In this document: in pieces, positions 10,269-19,547 of the stretch
Position numbering within the stretch: position 1 is the stretch's first letter
How the letters are laid out: each line of letters begins with the position of its first letter
Translations under genes and position numbers: made by a program
Notes under the pieces: generated by a model
The model's input: only the letters and a program-made list of their open reading frames with translations
Databases searched by the model: none
Told to the model about the DNA's origin: nothing
Assembly: GCA_963817955.1 (NCBI GenBank)
Contig: CAWFQK010000004.1
Location: forward strand, 1,504,001 to 1,568,000
Direction of reading: 5' to 3'
From: an uncultured Gemmatimonadaceae bacterium
Lineage (GTDB): Bacteria; Gemmatimonadota; Gemmatimonadetes; Gemmatimonadales; Gemmatimonadaceae
Length of the DNA: 64,000 nt

Positions 10269-11627
10269 CTACTTGTGCCTGAAGTCCGCCGTCCCAATCC
10301 GCACGACCGTTCCGACCATAGACGTTGGGCGGCCGCTGGCTGCCGACATTTCCGCTGGCGCAGTCTCCGCCCAGATCCCGTACACTCGGCCGTCGTACGC
10401 GGTGAGCCAGGTGTAGTCGCCGAGGAACGCGTTGCGTCCCTCGAACGCGGCATCGTTCCATGCGTAGTTCGCAAAGCTCCGGCCGCCGTCGGTGGAGCGC
10501 GCGAGGGTGAATGACGTGAGCCGATTGTTCGGATCGTCGCGCCGGTCGTAGAACTGCACGTACACGTCGCCGTTCACCGGATCCACCGCGAGGAACTGGA
10601 AGAACTGGTCCCGTCCGCTATGCAGCGAATCGGTAGTGGCGCGAACGGGTTTCGACCAGGTACGTCCCTTGTCACGAGATGCGGCGACAAATGCGTCGAT
10701 GTCGCCGTTGCGGAAGTCCGTCCAGCTCAGGTAGACGTTGCTGCCATACACGCCAACCTGCGGGAAACCAAACACACGGCCCAGTCCCGGCACCGCGCCG
10801 GTGCCGCCGAAGTACGGCGGTCCCACCTGCTGCACCACACGCGATGGCGTGAAGCTCTTGCCACCATCGCTCGATGTCGCCATGACGATGGTGAGCCCCC
10901 AGTTCCAGATGGCGTAGATCGTCCCGTCGGCCGCGACGACGCCATGGAATCCGACGACGTCGCCGTTGTCGTCGCGCGGCATGCCCGCCTGTGTGCTGAT
11001 GCGAAGCGGCGCCGACCAACTCTTGCCGTGGTCGAGCGAGCGCGAGAAGAGCATGATCGACTTGTCGAGGTGCCACTCGATCCAGCCGACGTAGAGATTG
11101 CCGCTGTGAGCACTCTTTGAACCATTATCGGCAAAGATCCGTGGCATGTCCTCGTACTCCATGCCAGGCTCCTTGCCCGTGTACCAGGCGCGCACCGGCA
11201 CCGCGGCCGTGTCCCACGTCTTTCCGCCGTCGGGAGAGCGGCGCACGTAAATGCCGTTGCGGCCCGCGCCATGCCGCCAATACGAGTTCGTTCCCAGCCG
11301 GTCGAAGACGAGATAGGACAGATACGCCGCGCCGGCATTGTCGAACGCGACGGTCACATCGCCCGCTGAACGCCAGTCGGTGGGTGCGGTGCCGGTGGCC
11401 GTGGCAAAGGTGCGCCCCGAATCCGTCGAGAACACGGCGTGCGCCGGCCCCTGATACACGCCCACGATCTGCGCCGGGTTCCGTGGATTCACCGCGATAC
11501 CCGGCTCGTTGCCGCGCGCTTCAGGCGCCGAAACGTTGACGACGTATGCGCCGGGTGGATGCGGCAGCGATAGTTGCGCAGCCGCGGCGACCTGCGCGAA
11601 AAGGAGGATGAGCATAGGGGCGAACAT
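10269..11627 (-). CDS. Sialidase-family / BNR (Asp-box) repeat protein
   Basis: Several S-x-D-x-G-x-T/S-W/F Asp boxes; C-terminal 'FLGDY' motif; start uncertain (11627 or 11615). Confidence 0.8.
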   Translation of the reverse strand: MFAPMLILLFAQVAAAAQLSLPHPPGAYVVNVSAPEARGNEPGIAVNPRNPAQIVGVYQGPAHAVFSTDSGRTFATATGTAPTDWRSAGDVTVAFDNAGAAYLSYLVFDRLGTNSYWRHGAGRNGIYVRRSPDGGKTWDTAAVPVRAWYTGKEPGMEYEDMPRIFADNGSKSAHSGNLYVGWIEWHLDKSIMLFSRSLDHGKSWSAPLRISTQAGMPRDDNGDVVGFHGVVAADGTIYAIWNWGLTIVMATSSDGGKSFTPSRVVQQVGPPYFGGTGAVPGLGRVFGFPQVGVYGSNVYLSWTDFRNGDIDAFVAASRDKGRTWSKPVRATTDSLHSGRDQFFQFLAVDPVNGDVYVQFYDRRDDPNNRLTSFTLARSTDGGRSFANYAWNDAAFEGRNAFLGDYTWLTAYDGRVYGIWAETAPAEMSAASGRPTSMVGTVVRIGTADFRHK

Positions 11628-11668
11628 AACGCCCCCAGCCCGCGGCAACCAGCAATCAACAATCAGAA

Positions 11669-11700
11669 ACGGGCCGGGCTGACGAATCAGCCCGGCCCGT
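11669..11700 (-). terminator. Hairpin terminator
   Basis: 14-bp stem acgggccgggctga/tcagcccggcccgt just downstream of the 11723-12208 gene, T-rich tail on minus strand. Confidence 0.65.
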
Positions 11701-11722
11701 CTCATTGCCCGTACGCGGACGC

Positions 11723-12208
11723 TTACTGCTTCACAAACGCCATCTTCATGTTCATCGATTGCCCCGCGACACTCACGTTGCGCTCGAGGCGCATCGTCTT
11801 GCCGTCCTTGTCGAGGCTCCAATGATCCACCTGCTCGAGCGCTTGACCGCCACCAAGGTCAGCCTTGGTCGTCACGACGAGCGCCGCGCCATCCCACGCG
11901 CTCGTGGACACCAGATCGAGCGATCCGTTCGGCGCCGACACGCTGCTCTTCGCTGGCGATCCGTCGAGGTTGAACGTCTGCGATACGGTCTGGTCGCCCA
12001 TGGGCGTGGCCGCCGCGGTTTCCACCTTCATGGTCTTGGCGTCTTGCGTGACGTTCATCGTCATGGATGTCGGAACCATGCCGGTGCCACCCTCGACGGT
12101 CTTGGTGTCGAGCGACCACTTACCCGAGAAATCGGGGTGCGACGCCTGCGCGGCGACAGGCGAGGCGAGGACTGCAAACGCAAAAACGGTAGATACTAAG
12201 CGGCGCAT
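11723..12208 (-). CDS. Secreted hypothetical protein (lipocalin-like beta barrel)
   Basis: Signal peptide; 'PDFSGKWSLD' and 'WSLDKDGKTM' motifs. Confidence 0.75.
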   Translation of the reverse strand: MRRLVSTVFAFAVLASPVAAQASHPDFSGKWSLDTKTVEGGTGMVPTSMTMNVTQDAKTMKVETAAATPMGDQTVSQTFNLDGSPAKSSVSAPNGSLDLVSTSAWDGAALVVTTKADLGGGQALEQVDHWSLDKDGKTMRLERNVSVAGQSMNMKMAFVKQ

Positions 12209-12256
12209 CAGCTCTCCATTCAGTGTATGTGCTCTTACTTGTCAGTGGATGTGCTC

Positions 12257-13597
12257 TTACTTGGACTTGCCTGCGGGCTTGGCCGGCTTGGCCGGCTTGG
12301 CCGGCTTGGCCGCCGCCTTCGTGGCGGGTTTGGCCGTGCCTGTCGCATCGATGAATACCTTGTTCTCGCCCTCCCACACAAACTTCACATTTGCGCTCTT
12401 CTCCACTTCGTTGATCGCCTGGCGCGAGGAGTCGAGTGATGCCTGAACCGATGCGTCACGATCGAGCAGCTTCGAATCGGGAACCTTGATGTCGAGGTTA
12501 TACCAGCGGGCGAGCTGGGCCATCACGTCCCGCAACTGCTTGTGCGAGACGGTGACGTTCCCGTCTACCCAGCCGAACCCTTCCGCCACTTGCTCGGGCG
12601 TCGGCGCCTTCATACTAGTAGGGTCCACGAGCAGCGATTGATTGGCCGGTACGACATTGGTCTGTTTTCCCGCCTTCACCGTCACCGACCCCTCGCGCAC
12701 CTGCACCATCACGCCGCTGTCGTTTGGATACGCCGAGATGTTAAAGCTGGTTCCCGTCGCAATGAAATGCATGTGCTTGGCGACGACATGGAACGGCAGT
12801 TTCTGGCCCGGTGCAACCTGGAAGCTCGCTGACCCTTCCACCCGTAGCGCGCGAATCTTTGTCGGGAACCCGTCCGCAATGGAGATCTTCGTTTCGGGCC
12901 CAATACGCATCTTCGTGCCGTCGGCGAGCGTCACGCTGCCGATCTGCCCATAGCTCGACGAAATCGGCTGAATTCCAGACGCACTCACCGCGGAGAGTAT
13001 GGCGTCGTCTTCGCCCAGCCGATCCACATACCAGACGACAGCCACCGACAACGCGATTGCCAGGACGGCCATGGTAATAGGCAGCGCCCACGACTTTTTC
13101 TTTGCGATGGACTTCATGTGCGCGGCAGCCTCATGCCGCCCGGTCGCTGCCACGGCAGCGTGCGTCTCCGATGCGGCCTTGCCGTCGTCATGAATCGCCT
13201 GCGACACCTGCGACCACGACCGGGCAGCATCCTCTCCTGTCGATGCCCCTTCGCGTCCGGCTTGACCGGTTTCCCGGCCGCCCTTCGTTCCGAAGCGCTG
13301 TGCCGCTGCGCGGCGGCTAACGGCGCGTACGGACCCACTATGGATCTGATCGGCTAGAAAGGACTTGAGTTGTTCGGGTGTGCCAATGGTCGCGCGCTGA
13401 CGCCAGGCATTGATGAACGCTGCCTCGACGACACGGGACGCATGCGAATCCGCATCGCCGAGCTGGCTTCGCGCGCTGGCAACGTAAGCGATGTACTCGG
13501 CGTCGAACACGCGCTTGAGCGCCTGTTCATCACTGAGCAGCGGGGTGAGAGGAGATCCAGCCAGGGCACCGCCGCGTGGGGGAACACTCGTCGACAT
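12257..13597 (-). CDS. FecR-domain anti-sigma/sensor with N-terminal ECF sigma region-2-like domain
   Basis: FecR motifs 'GQIGSVTLADGTKMRIGPET', 'ATGTSFNISAY', 'VREGSV', C-terminal 'GWVDG...LRDVMAQLARWYN'; one TM helix; N-terminal sigma2-like pattern. Confidence 0.8.
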   Translation of the reverse strand: MSTSVPPRGGALAGSPLTPLLSDEQALKRVFDAEYIAYVASARSQLGDADSHASRVVEAAFINAWRQRATIGTPEQLKSFLADQIHSGSVRAVSRRAAAQRFGTKGGRETGQAGREGASTGEDAARSWSQVSQAIHDDGKAASETHAAVAATGRHEAAAHMKSIAKKKSWALPITMAVLAIALSVAVVWYVDRLGEDDAILSAVSASGIQPISSSYGQIGSVTLADGTKMRIGPETKISIADGFPTKIRALRVEGSASFQVAPGQKLPFHVVAKHMHFIATGTSFNISAYPNDSGVMVQVREGSVTVKAGKQTNVVPANQSLLVDPTSMKAPTPEQVAEGFGWVDGNVTVSHKQLRDVMAQLARWYNLDIKVPDSKLLDRDASVQASLDSSRQAINEVEKSANVKFVWEGENKVFIDATGTAKPATKAAAKPAKPAKPAKPAGKSK

Positions 13598-13873
13598 GCA
13601 GCCTCCAAGGCTCTCAAATGTTGTCCTTATGATGGCACGAAACCCGACGACTGCAAGGGCGGAATTCCCGCAGGTGCGTCGGGAACAGCCGGAAACGCCG
13701 GTGAGGGCCGTCCGGGACTAGGCAGGCGAACCCCGGGACTTCGAGGAATTCTGCCGTTTTGGTGGACGGCCAATCCGCTTTCCTACGCGTGTGGCACTCT
13801 GCCACTTGCTCACCAGGACGGTGTTGCCGGTTTCCAAGACCAGATGGCCATCTTTTGCCAGATGGCCTCTTAT

Positions 13874-13925
13874 TTAACGCAGAGAACTGCAGTTCTCTTG
13901 CAGTTCTCTGCGACCTTTGCGTTAA
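13874..13925. repeat. Nested palindrome
   Basis: Perfect 18-bp palindrome agagaactgcagttctct (13881-13898); cgcagagaactgca/tgcagttctctgcg; outer ttaacgca/tgcgttaa. Confidence 0.8.
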
Positions 13926-13944
13926 AAGCTGTTCTATCGGCCAC

Positions 13945-13973
13945 AGAGATCCTTCGCTTCGCTCAGGATGACA
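13945..13973 (+). repeat. REP-like palindromic repeat (AGAGATCCTTCGCTTCGCTCAGGATGACA)
   Basis: Identical copy at 28194-28222; reverse-complement copy at 55632-55660 with 1 mismatch. Confidence 0.85.
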
Positions 13974-14210
13974 GGCCTTCGCTCAGGTGATTGTCATGGA
14001 ACGCTGGGAGGAGTACGCGTGTGCCGCAGCACCGGCTACAAGACTGATGTAGACTCACGGGTTCCGCGAGCGGGTGGCTCGGGTGACGCGCCGCATGCGG
14101 GACGCGCAAGCCTCGGTCTTTCGATTGCGCACCGCCTCGCCAGATTGCAGCGAGTAGCGTGACGCAGCCCAACCTGGGCACTCTTCCGCCGGCCAACCGA
14201 GGCTCGGACC

Positions 14211-14573
14211 ATGATCTACGAACATCGCCGGCAACCACCCATTTCCCGCGCGCGGTTTCTCAGGCGTCTCCTCCGGCACGGAGGGTATGCCGGCGCACTC
14301 ATTCTGGGATCGGTCTGCATCGGCACGCTGGGATATCACGCGCTGGCGTCGCAGTCCTGGATTGACAGTTTCCTCAACGCGTGCATGCTGCTCGGGGGCA
14401 TGGGGCCGGTCGGCGACATTGCGACGAATGCGGGGAAGATCTTCGCCGCGCTGTTCGCGCTGTATTCCGGACTCGTGTTCCTGATCGCTGCCGCCGTCCT
14501 GTTCACGCCAGTGTTGCACCGGGTGCTGCACCGGTTCCATTGGGAGGCGGACCGGGAGAGCGGGGAGAAGTAA
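14211..14573 (+). CDS. Small two-TM membrane protein (ion-channel-like family)
   Basis: 'SWIDSFLNACMLLGGMGPV...GKIFAALFALYSG' pore-like pattern, 120 aa. Confidence 0.75.
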   Translation: MIYEHRRQPPISRARFLRRLLRHGGYAGALILGSVCIGTLGYHALASQSWIDSFLNACMLLGGMGPVGDIATNAGKIFAALFALYSGLVFLIAAAVLFTPVLHRVLHRFHWEADRESGEK

Positions 14574-14584
14574 TCGTTATCTCC

Positions 14585-14691
14585 TTGGGTTCCGGGGTGT
14601 TGACTGGCTGGTTGTCGCTGGCTGCTCCGTACCGGTCGGCCCACCGGTCGGAGAGTTTCGAGTTTCCAGTTGTGCGTTGTGCGTTGTGCGT
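14585..14691 (+). repeat. Solo copy of the four-helix-bundle-element terminal repeat
   Basis: Aligns with 49040-49146, including ctggctgctccgt..cggtcggcccaccggtcgg.gagtttcgagtttccagttgtgcgttgtgcg; lies between convergent genes. Confidence 0.85.
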
Positions 14692-14697
14692 TTTTGA

Positions 14698-15138
14698 CTA
14701 AGGCTTCTTCGGCGTCATCTTCATCTTCATCATCATTTCGTGATTGCCGCACGCGGCCATGGCGTCTTTGCCCTGGGCATTCATCTTGGCCATTTCCGCC
14801 TTGTGATCGGCGACGGATTTGTCGAACGTCGCCTGCTGTGCCGGCGTCAGCACGAGACGCATGGCCGTGAACGTCTTGTTCATCGATGCTTCCATTTCGC
14901 GCATGCGTACACTGTCCAGCGCCTTCATCTCCGCCATGTGCTCGGCGCGCAGCTTGGCGAACGCGCTGTCCTGTTTGGCCGTGAGATGCAGATTCGTGGG
15001 TTCCATGGGGCACGACATGGCCGACATTCCCTTCATGTCGTGGCTCATCATGGGCTTTGTGGACTTGCCGGGCATCTGCGCCGAGGCGCTGGCGGCGCTG
15101 CAGACGAGCAAGGCGGAAACAATTGAGAGACGTAGCAT
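14698..15138 (-). CDS. Periplasmic Met-rich helical protein (Spy/CpxP-like)
   Basis: Signal peptide; 'LHLTAKQ' and 'VLTPAQQ' LTxxQ motifs. Confidence 0.65.
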   Translation of the reverse strand: MLRLSIVSALLVCSAASASAQMPGKSTKPMMSHDMKGMSAMSCPMEPTNLHLTAKQDSAFAKLRAEHMAEMKALDSVRMREMEASMNKTFTAMRLVLTPAQQATFDKSVADHKAEMAKMNAQGKDAMAACGNHEMMMKMKMTPKKP

Positions 15139-15170
15139 GCCTACTCCGTGTTGGACGATTTGGAAGCAGG

Positions 15171-15743
15171 CTACCTTGGGCCGCCATTCAACACAATCGG
15201 GGTTTGCACCACCTTGATCGTGAGATACCGGAGCGAATCGCCGGTCGCGATGCGGAACTGATGCGGCACTCCGGCCGGCACGACAAATAGGTCGCCGGTC
15301 GCCAAGGGCTGCGTCGCACCGCCGACGATCGTGCCTCCGCGGTGCTCTCCGCCTGGTTCGACACGGGCGCCGTCCAGGCGTCCACCCACCAGGATCGATC
15401 CTGTACCGGCTTGCACGATCGCCACGTCGATCCAGTGATCGTGCATCTCGGGTTCGCCGGTCGTGATGCGACGCACCACCGTCGGCCGAAACGTCGGATG
15501 TGCCCGCAACACGTGCGCGGAGGTGCTGCCGCGTGCGAGTGAGTCAGCGACGTGCGCGAGAAACGCCGCCGAATAGAACTCGATGCTCCCGGCGACAGGC
15601 GGATCGACGGGAGACACCTTGCTTGGCTGCGACGCCGCCGCGACACCGCCTTGCTGCGCCGGAGTCCGCTCGTCGTGTTGCGTCCTGCCGCACGCTGCCG
15701 TGGCGACCACCATCAACAGAAACGCTCTCGTGTGCACAGTCAT
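15171..15743 (-). CDS. Cupin-domain lipoprotein
   Basis: Lipobox TAAC; 'PEMHDHWID...GDLFVVPAGVPHQF'. Confidence 0.75.
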   Translation of the reverse strand: MTVHTRAFLLMVVATAACGRTQHDERTPAQQGGVAAASQPSKVSPVDPPVAGSIEFYSAAFLAHVADSLARGSTSAHVLRAHPTFRPTVVRRITTGEPEMHDHWIDVAIVQAGTGSILVGGRLDGARVEPGGEHRGGTIVGGATQPLATGDLFVVPAGVPHQFRIATGDSLRYLTIKVVQTPIVLNGGPR

Positions 15744-15756
15744 GAGTCTCCGCGTC

Positions 15757-16944
15757 CTACCGCATGTTCCCCGTGTGTCCGAGCGAGAATCGCCCTGGCT
15801 GCGGCCACACACAGAGGCCGTGGGGCTCGACGCCCACCTTGATGCGATCGATCAGTTGGCCGGTCTCGGTATCCAGTACATAGACCTCCTGATCGTATCG
15901 GCCCGACAGCCAGAGCTGCTTGCCGTCGGCGCTCACGTTCCCCATGTCAGGGCTGCCGCCATGCGGGATAGGCCACGTCGCAACGATACGTTGTGTGTTT
16001 GGATCGAGCACGGTAACGGACCCTGGCCCGCGTTTGCCGCCCAAGACGTTGTTCCAGCCGCGGTTGGTAATATAGATCGGCTTGCCGCTGCGTCCGGTCA
16101 CGATACCGTGGGTGCCCTTTCCAGTCTTGATGAAACCGATCTGTTTGAACGCGTACGGGTCAATGAGATGCACGCCGTCCGCTTTCATGTCGGCCACGTA
16201 GAACACGCGACCATCGGGCGAGGAGCGAACGTCCTGCGGCATCGCACGGCTTCCAATCTCCGATGCCAGGCGCAGATAGGCAACGGGCGCGCGCGATGCG
16301 AGATCGAACTTCACCACCTGGCCCGAGAACTCGCAACTCGCAATTGCGTACTTGTTGTCCGCGGTGAAGTCCAGGTGGTTGAGTCCGCCGCATTCGACGT
16401 GGACGGACTGGATGAGCTTCATCGTTTTGGGATCGCGAAAGTCGAAGCGGTCGCGCTTCTCGGCGATCACCATCGCCATGCTCCCGTCAGGCGTGAAGTA
16501 CATGTTGTACGGATCATCCACTGGCACGGGCGCGCCGAACTGTGCCGTGATCGGATCGATGGGGATGACGGTATTGCCGTCGTTGTCGAGCACCCACAGC
16601 GTGGACAGGTCGTACGATGGCACGACGTGCTGTGGCAGCTTCCCCACTGGCACGGTGCGCAGGATCTTGCGCGTCGCCTCGTCGATGATCGTGACGCTCT
16701 TCGAGCGCGAGTTGGGAACGTAGACGAGCGATCGCGCGCGCGCCGCAATTGGGGCGATGTCTCCCGCCGCGGTCGCTGCATAGATATTGGGCACTGCCGT
16801 ACCCGATGCGGAATCGAGCGCCGGCGCCCGCGAGAGATCGTACGTCGAGTTGTACGACACGGCGGTTGAATCCTTGCGACATGCGGAGACCGCCAGAGTC
16901 GCACAACCAAGCGCTACGGCCTTGAGACACGAGACACGAGACAC
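15757..16944 (-). CDS. YVTN/YncE-family beta-propeller lipoprotein
   Basis: Lipobox VSAC; repeats 'VYVPNS..SVTIID', 'VGKLPQHV', 'VGVEPHG'; GTG start lies within a heptamer array. Confidence 0.8.
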   Translation of the reverse strand: MSRVSCLKAVALGCATLAVSACRKDSTAVSYNSTYDLSRAPALDSASGTAVPNIYAATAAGDIAPIAARARSLVYVPNSRSKSVTIIDEATRKILRTVPVGKLPQHVVPSYDLSTLWVLDNDGNTVIPIDPITAQFGAPVPVDDPYNMYFTPDGSMAMVIAEKRDRFDFRDPKTMKLIQSVHVECGGLNHLDFTADNKYAIASCEFSGQVVKFDLASRAPVAYLRLASEIGSRAMPQDVRSSPDGRVFYVADMKADGVHLIDPYAFKQIGFIKTGKGTHGIVTGRSGKPIYITNRGWNNVLGGKRGPGSVTVLDPNTQRIVATWPIPHGGSPDMGNVSADGKQLWLSGRYDQEVYVLDTETGQLIDRIKVGVEPHGLCVWPQPGRFSLGHTGNMR

Positions 16945-16956
16945 GGGACACGGGAC
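16922..16956 (-). repeat. 7-bp tandem array (GTGTCYC)n, about 5 units
   Basis: gagacac/gggacac units read directly. Confidence 0.9.
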
Positions 16957-17026
16957 TTGAGACGCGGATCAACGGACACGGGACGGTCAGGTTGTCAGCA
17001 AATGCTAAACCGGATCAGCACTGGTA

Positions 17027-17087
17027 TCTCGTGTCTCGTGTCTCGTGTCCCGTGTCCCGTGTCCCGTGTCCCGTGTCCCGTGTCTCA
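17027..17087 (+). repeat. 7-bp tandem array (GTGTCYC)n, about 8-9 units, inverted relative to 16922-16956
   Basis: (tctcgtg)3(tcccgtg)5. Confidence 0.9.
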
Positions 17088-17117
17088 GGTACGACTCTCG
17101 CAGTACTCATCACCCGC

Positions 17118-18422
17118 ATGCAAAACGCCGTCTTCAACATCGTTTCGTTCGAAGGTACAGATCCGTACTCACAGGCCGGCGGGCTCGGCGTTCGTGTCTC
17201 CGGGTTGGCCCGAACGCTCGCCGAGCTCCACCACGAGACGCACTTGTTCTTCATCGGCGACCCACGCCGGCCCGGGGAAGAACGCGGGATGGACGGCTAC
17301 TTGACGCTGCACCGTTGGGGCCAATGGATCAGCGCCAACTGCCCGCGCGGCGTCTACGACGGCGAAGAAGCAAAAGTGTCCGACATCACGCGATCCTTGC
17401 CGCCGTACATAATTGACCGCGTGATTCGGCCGGCGTTGGCCGCGGGACGGATTCCCGTTGTGCTGCTCGAGGAATGGCAGACGGCCGCGTGCGCGTGTGC
17501 CCTGTCCGATCTCCTGGCGGCAGAAGGAGTGCGCGACCGTGTCGTGCTCTTCTGGACGGCGAACAATTCGTACGGCTTTCATCGGATCGACTGGCCTCGT
17601 CTGGCAAGCTGCACCACCATCGCGACGATCAGCCGGTACATGCGGAGCATCATCCGCTCGAATGGCGTCGATGCACAGGTGATTCCCAACGGGATTCCAG
17701 CCGAGCTGCTGCAGCCAATGCCGCGTGGTGCGGCCGGATCGGTGCGCAGTCTGCTCGCCCAGCGGCCGCCGGTAACGTTGTTCTTCAAGATGGCGCGTTG
17801 GGAGCGCGAGAAGGGATGGTCGCAGGCACTCGGCGCGGTTGCCGCCATGCGCGATGACGGTCGGCAGCCGTTGCTCGTGGCGCGCAGCGGCGGTCCCTCC
17901 TCGGGCAGCGGGGGCATTCTCGAGGAAGCCATGGCGCGCGGTCTCCGGATCGCCGAAGTCGTGAATGAGAATGCTCTCATGGCTCAGCTCGTGGCGGCGC
18001 CGCGCGACGGCGTGGACGTCATCAACCTGCGTTTCGGCGTCAACACCCTGCTGGCGCGCCGGCTGTTTGCGGCGTCCGATGCCGTGCTCGCGAACTCGGT
18101 CTACGAACCGTTCGGACTCGTGGGCCTGGAGGCAATGGCGGCCGGCGGCGTGATCTATACCGGCGGCACGGGCGAGGATTACGCGGTCGATGGCCGGAAC
18201 GCCGTCGTCCTCGAGACGCTCGCGCCCGAGGAGATCGTGACACGATGGCAGCAGTTCGCGTCCGATCCGGCGCGCACGGCCAGAATGCGGCGCGCGGCAC
18301 GCCGCACCGCACGTGACTATAGTTGGCAGCGCATCGCCGCCGTGCTCCTGGAGCGAGTGGCGGCGCAGGCCGCGCGCCAAGGCGTGATGCGAGCACACAG
18401 GCAACGCATCGGCGTCGCCTGA
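17118..18422 (+). CDS. Glycosyltransferase family 4 (GT-B)
   Basis: 'SFEGTDPYSQAGGLG', 'VIPNGI', 'ARWEREKGW', 'YEPFGLVGLEAMAAG'. Confidence 0.85.
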   Translation: MQNAVFNIVSFEGTDPYSQAGGLGVRVSGLARTLAELHHETHLFFIGDPRRPGEERGMDGYLTLHRWGQWISANCPRGVYDGEEAKVSDITRSLPPYIIDRVIRPALAAGRIPVVLLEEWQTAACACALSDLLAAEGVRDRVVLFWTANNSYGFHRIDWPRLASCTTIATISRYMRSIIRSNGVDAQVIPNGIPAELLQPMPRGAAGSVRSLLAQRPPVTLFFKMARWEREKGWSQALGAVAAMRDDGRQPLLVARSGGPSSGSGGILEEAMARGLRIAEVVNENALMAQLVAAPRDGVDVINLRFGVNTLLARRLFAASDAVLANSVYEPFGLVGLEAMAAGGVIYTGGTGEDYAVDGRNAVVLETLAPEEIVTRWQQFASDPARTARMRRAARRTARDYSWQRIAAVLLERVAAQAARQGVMRAHRQRIGVA

Positions 18423-18497
18423 TCAGCCGACCGGATCCATCGCCCTCCCATCGGCACGCGACGTGCTGCGCTCCTCCGGACTCACACGGAGAGGCGC

Positions 18498-19547
18498 ATG
18501 GGCACATCATTCGAACGTGAAGTGGACGTATCTGTCGAGCACGGACGCGTCGATCGCGGCAGCGCATTTGCGCAGCGGCCGCCAGCAGCAACCGTAGAAC
18601 CGTATCAACGAATCGCGGATGCCGACCGCGCCACGCGCGGCGAGAATCTCGCGAGTTTCCTCGGCCTGTTCAGTCTCGGTCTCGGACTGGCCGAAGTCCT
18701 CGCGCCGAGCGGCATGACGAAGCTCATCGGCGTGACGGACGACGAGGAGACACGGCGGGCCTTGCGAGTCATGGGTCTACGCGGCATTGGATCCGGAGTC
18801 GCGATGCTCTCGCAACAGCAGCCGGACAAGGCCGCGTGGTCGCGAGTGGCCGGCGACGCGATCGATCTCGCCTTCCTCGGCAAGGCGTTGGCGAATCCGG
18901 AGAACGACCGCCGCCGTACGCTGTTCGCCACAGCCAACGTGCTCGCCGTCACGGCGCTCGACGTGATCTGCGCCAGGGCACTGTCGCAGCAGCCAGAGGC
19001 CGCGACTGACGGTGCCAGCCTGGGCCTCCTGCACACACACCGGAGCATCACCGTCAACAAGCCGGTGGAAGAGGTGTATGCGTTCTGGCATGACGTCCGG
19101 AATTTTCCGCGCTTCATGACGAACATCGACGCGGTGACAATCACCGGGGACCGTCGATCACACTGGCAAGCAACGGCGCCCACCGGCCAAACGATGGAGT
19201 GGGACGCGGAGTTGACGGACGATCGGCCCAACGAGCTCATCGCGTGGCGATCACTTGGCCACGCCGACGCCAACAATACGGGCACGGTGAGCTTCCGGCC
19301 CGCGCCTGGCAACCGCGGAACGGAAGTCCGCGTGGATATCGAGTACAAGCCGCCGTTTGGAACGATCGGGTCCAGGTTCGCCATGCTGTTCCGCAAGGAA
19401 CCCGGCCAACAGCTCGCCGACGACCTCCGCCATTTCAAGCAGATGATGGAGATTGGCGAGCTCGTCGTGTCTGACGCGGCCATGGTGCGCCATTCCCACG
19501 CGGCACGTCCGGACAACGCCGAAGTCGGCGGGAGGGCACAACCATGA
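18498..19547 (+). CDS. SRPBCC (cyclase/dehydrase) family protein with N-terminal membrane domain
   Basis: 'SITVNKPVEEVYAFWHDVRNFPRFM...EWDAELTDDRPNELIAWRSL...DLRHFKQMMEIGE'. Confidence 0.85.
   Translation: MGTSFEREVDVSVEHGRVDRGSAFAQRPPAATVEPYQRIADADRATRGENLASFLGLFSLGLGLAEVLAPSGMTKLIGVTDDEETRRALRVMGLRGIGSGVAMLSQQQPDKAAWSRVAGDAIDLAFLGKALANPENDRRRTLFATANVLAVTALDVICARALSQQPEAATDGASLGLLHTHRSITVNKPVEEVYAFWHDVRNFPRFMTNIDAVTITGDRRSHWQATAPTGQTMEWDAELTDDRPNELIAWRSLGHADANNTGTVSFRPAPGNRGTEVRVDIEYKPPFGTIGSRFAMLFRKEPGQQLADDLRHFKQMMEIGELVVSDAAMVRHSHAARPDNAEVGGRAQP

Noticed and set aside
12276..12312. 9-bp tandem repeat ggccggctt
   Set aside because: In-frame coding repeat for the KPA tail of the FecR protein.
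13620..13870. Cobalamin or other riboswitch upstream of the FecR fusion
   Set aside because: Only an 11-bp imperfect inverted repeat (ggcggaattcc/ggaattctgcc); the conserved riboswitch boxes are not recognisable.
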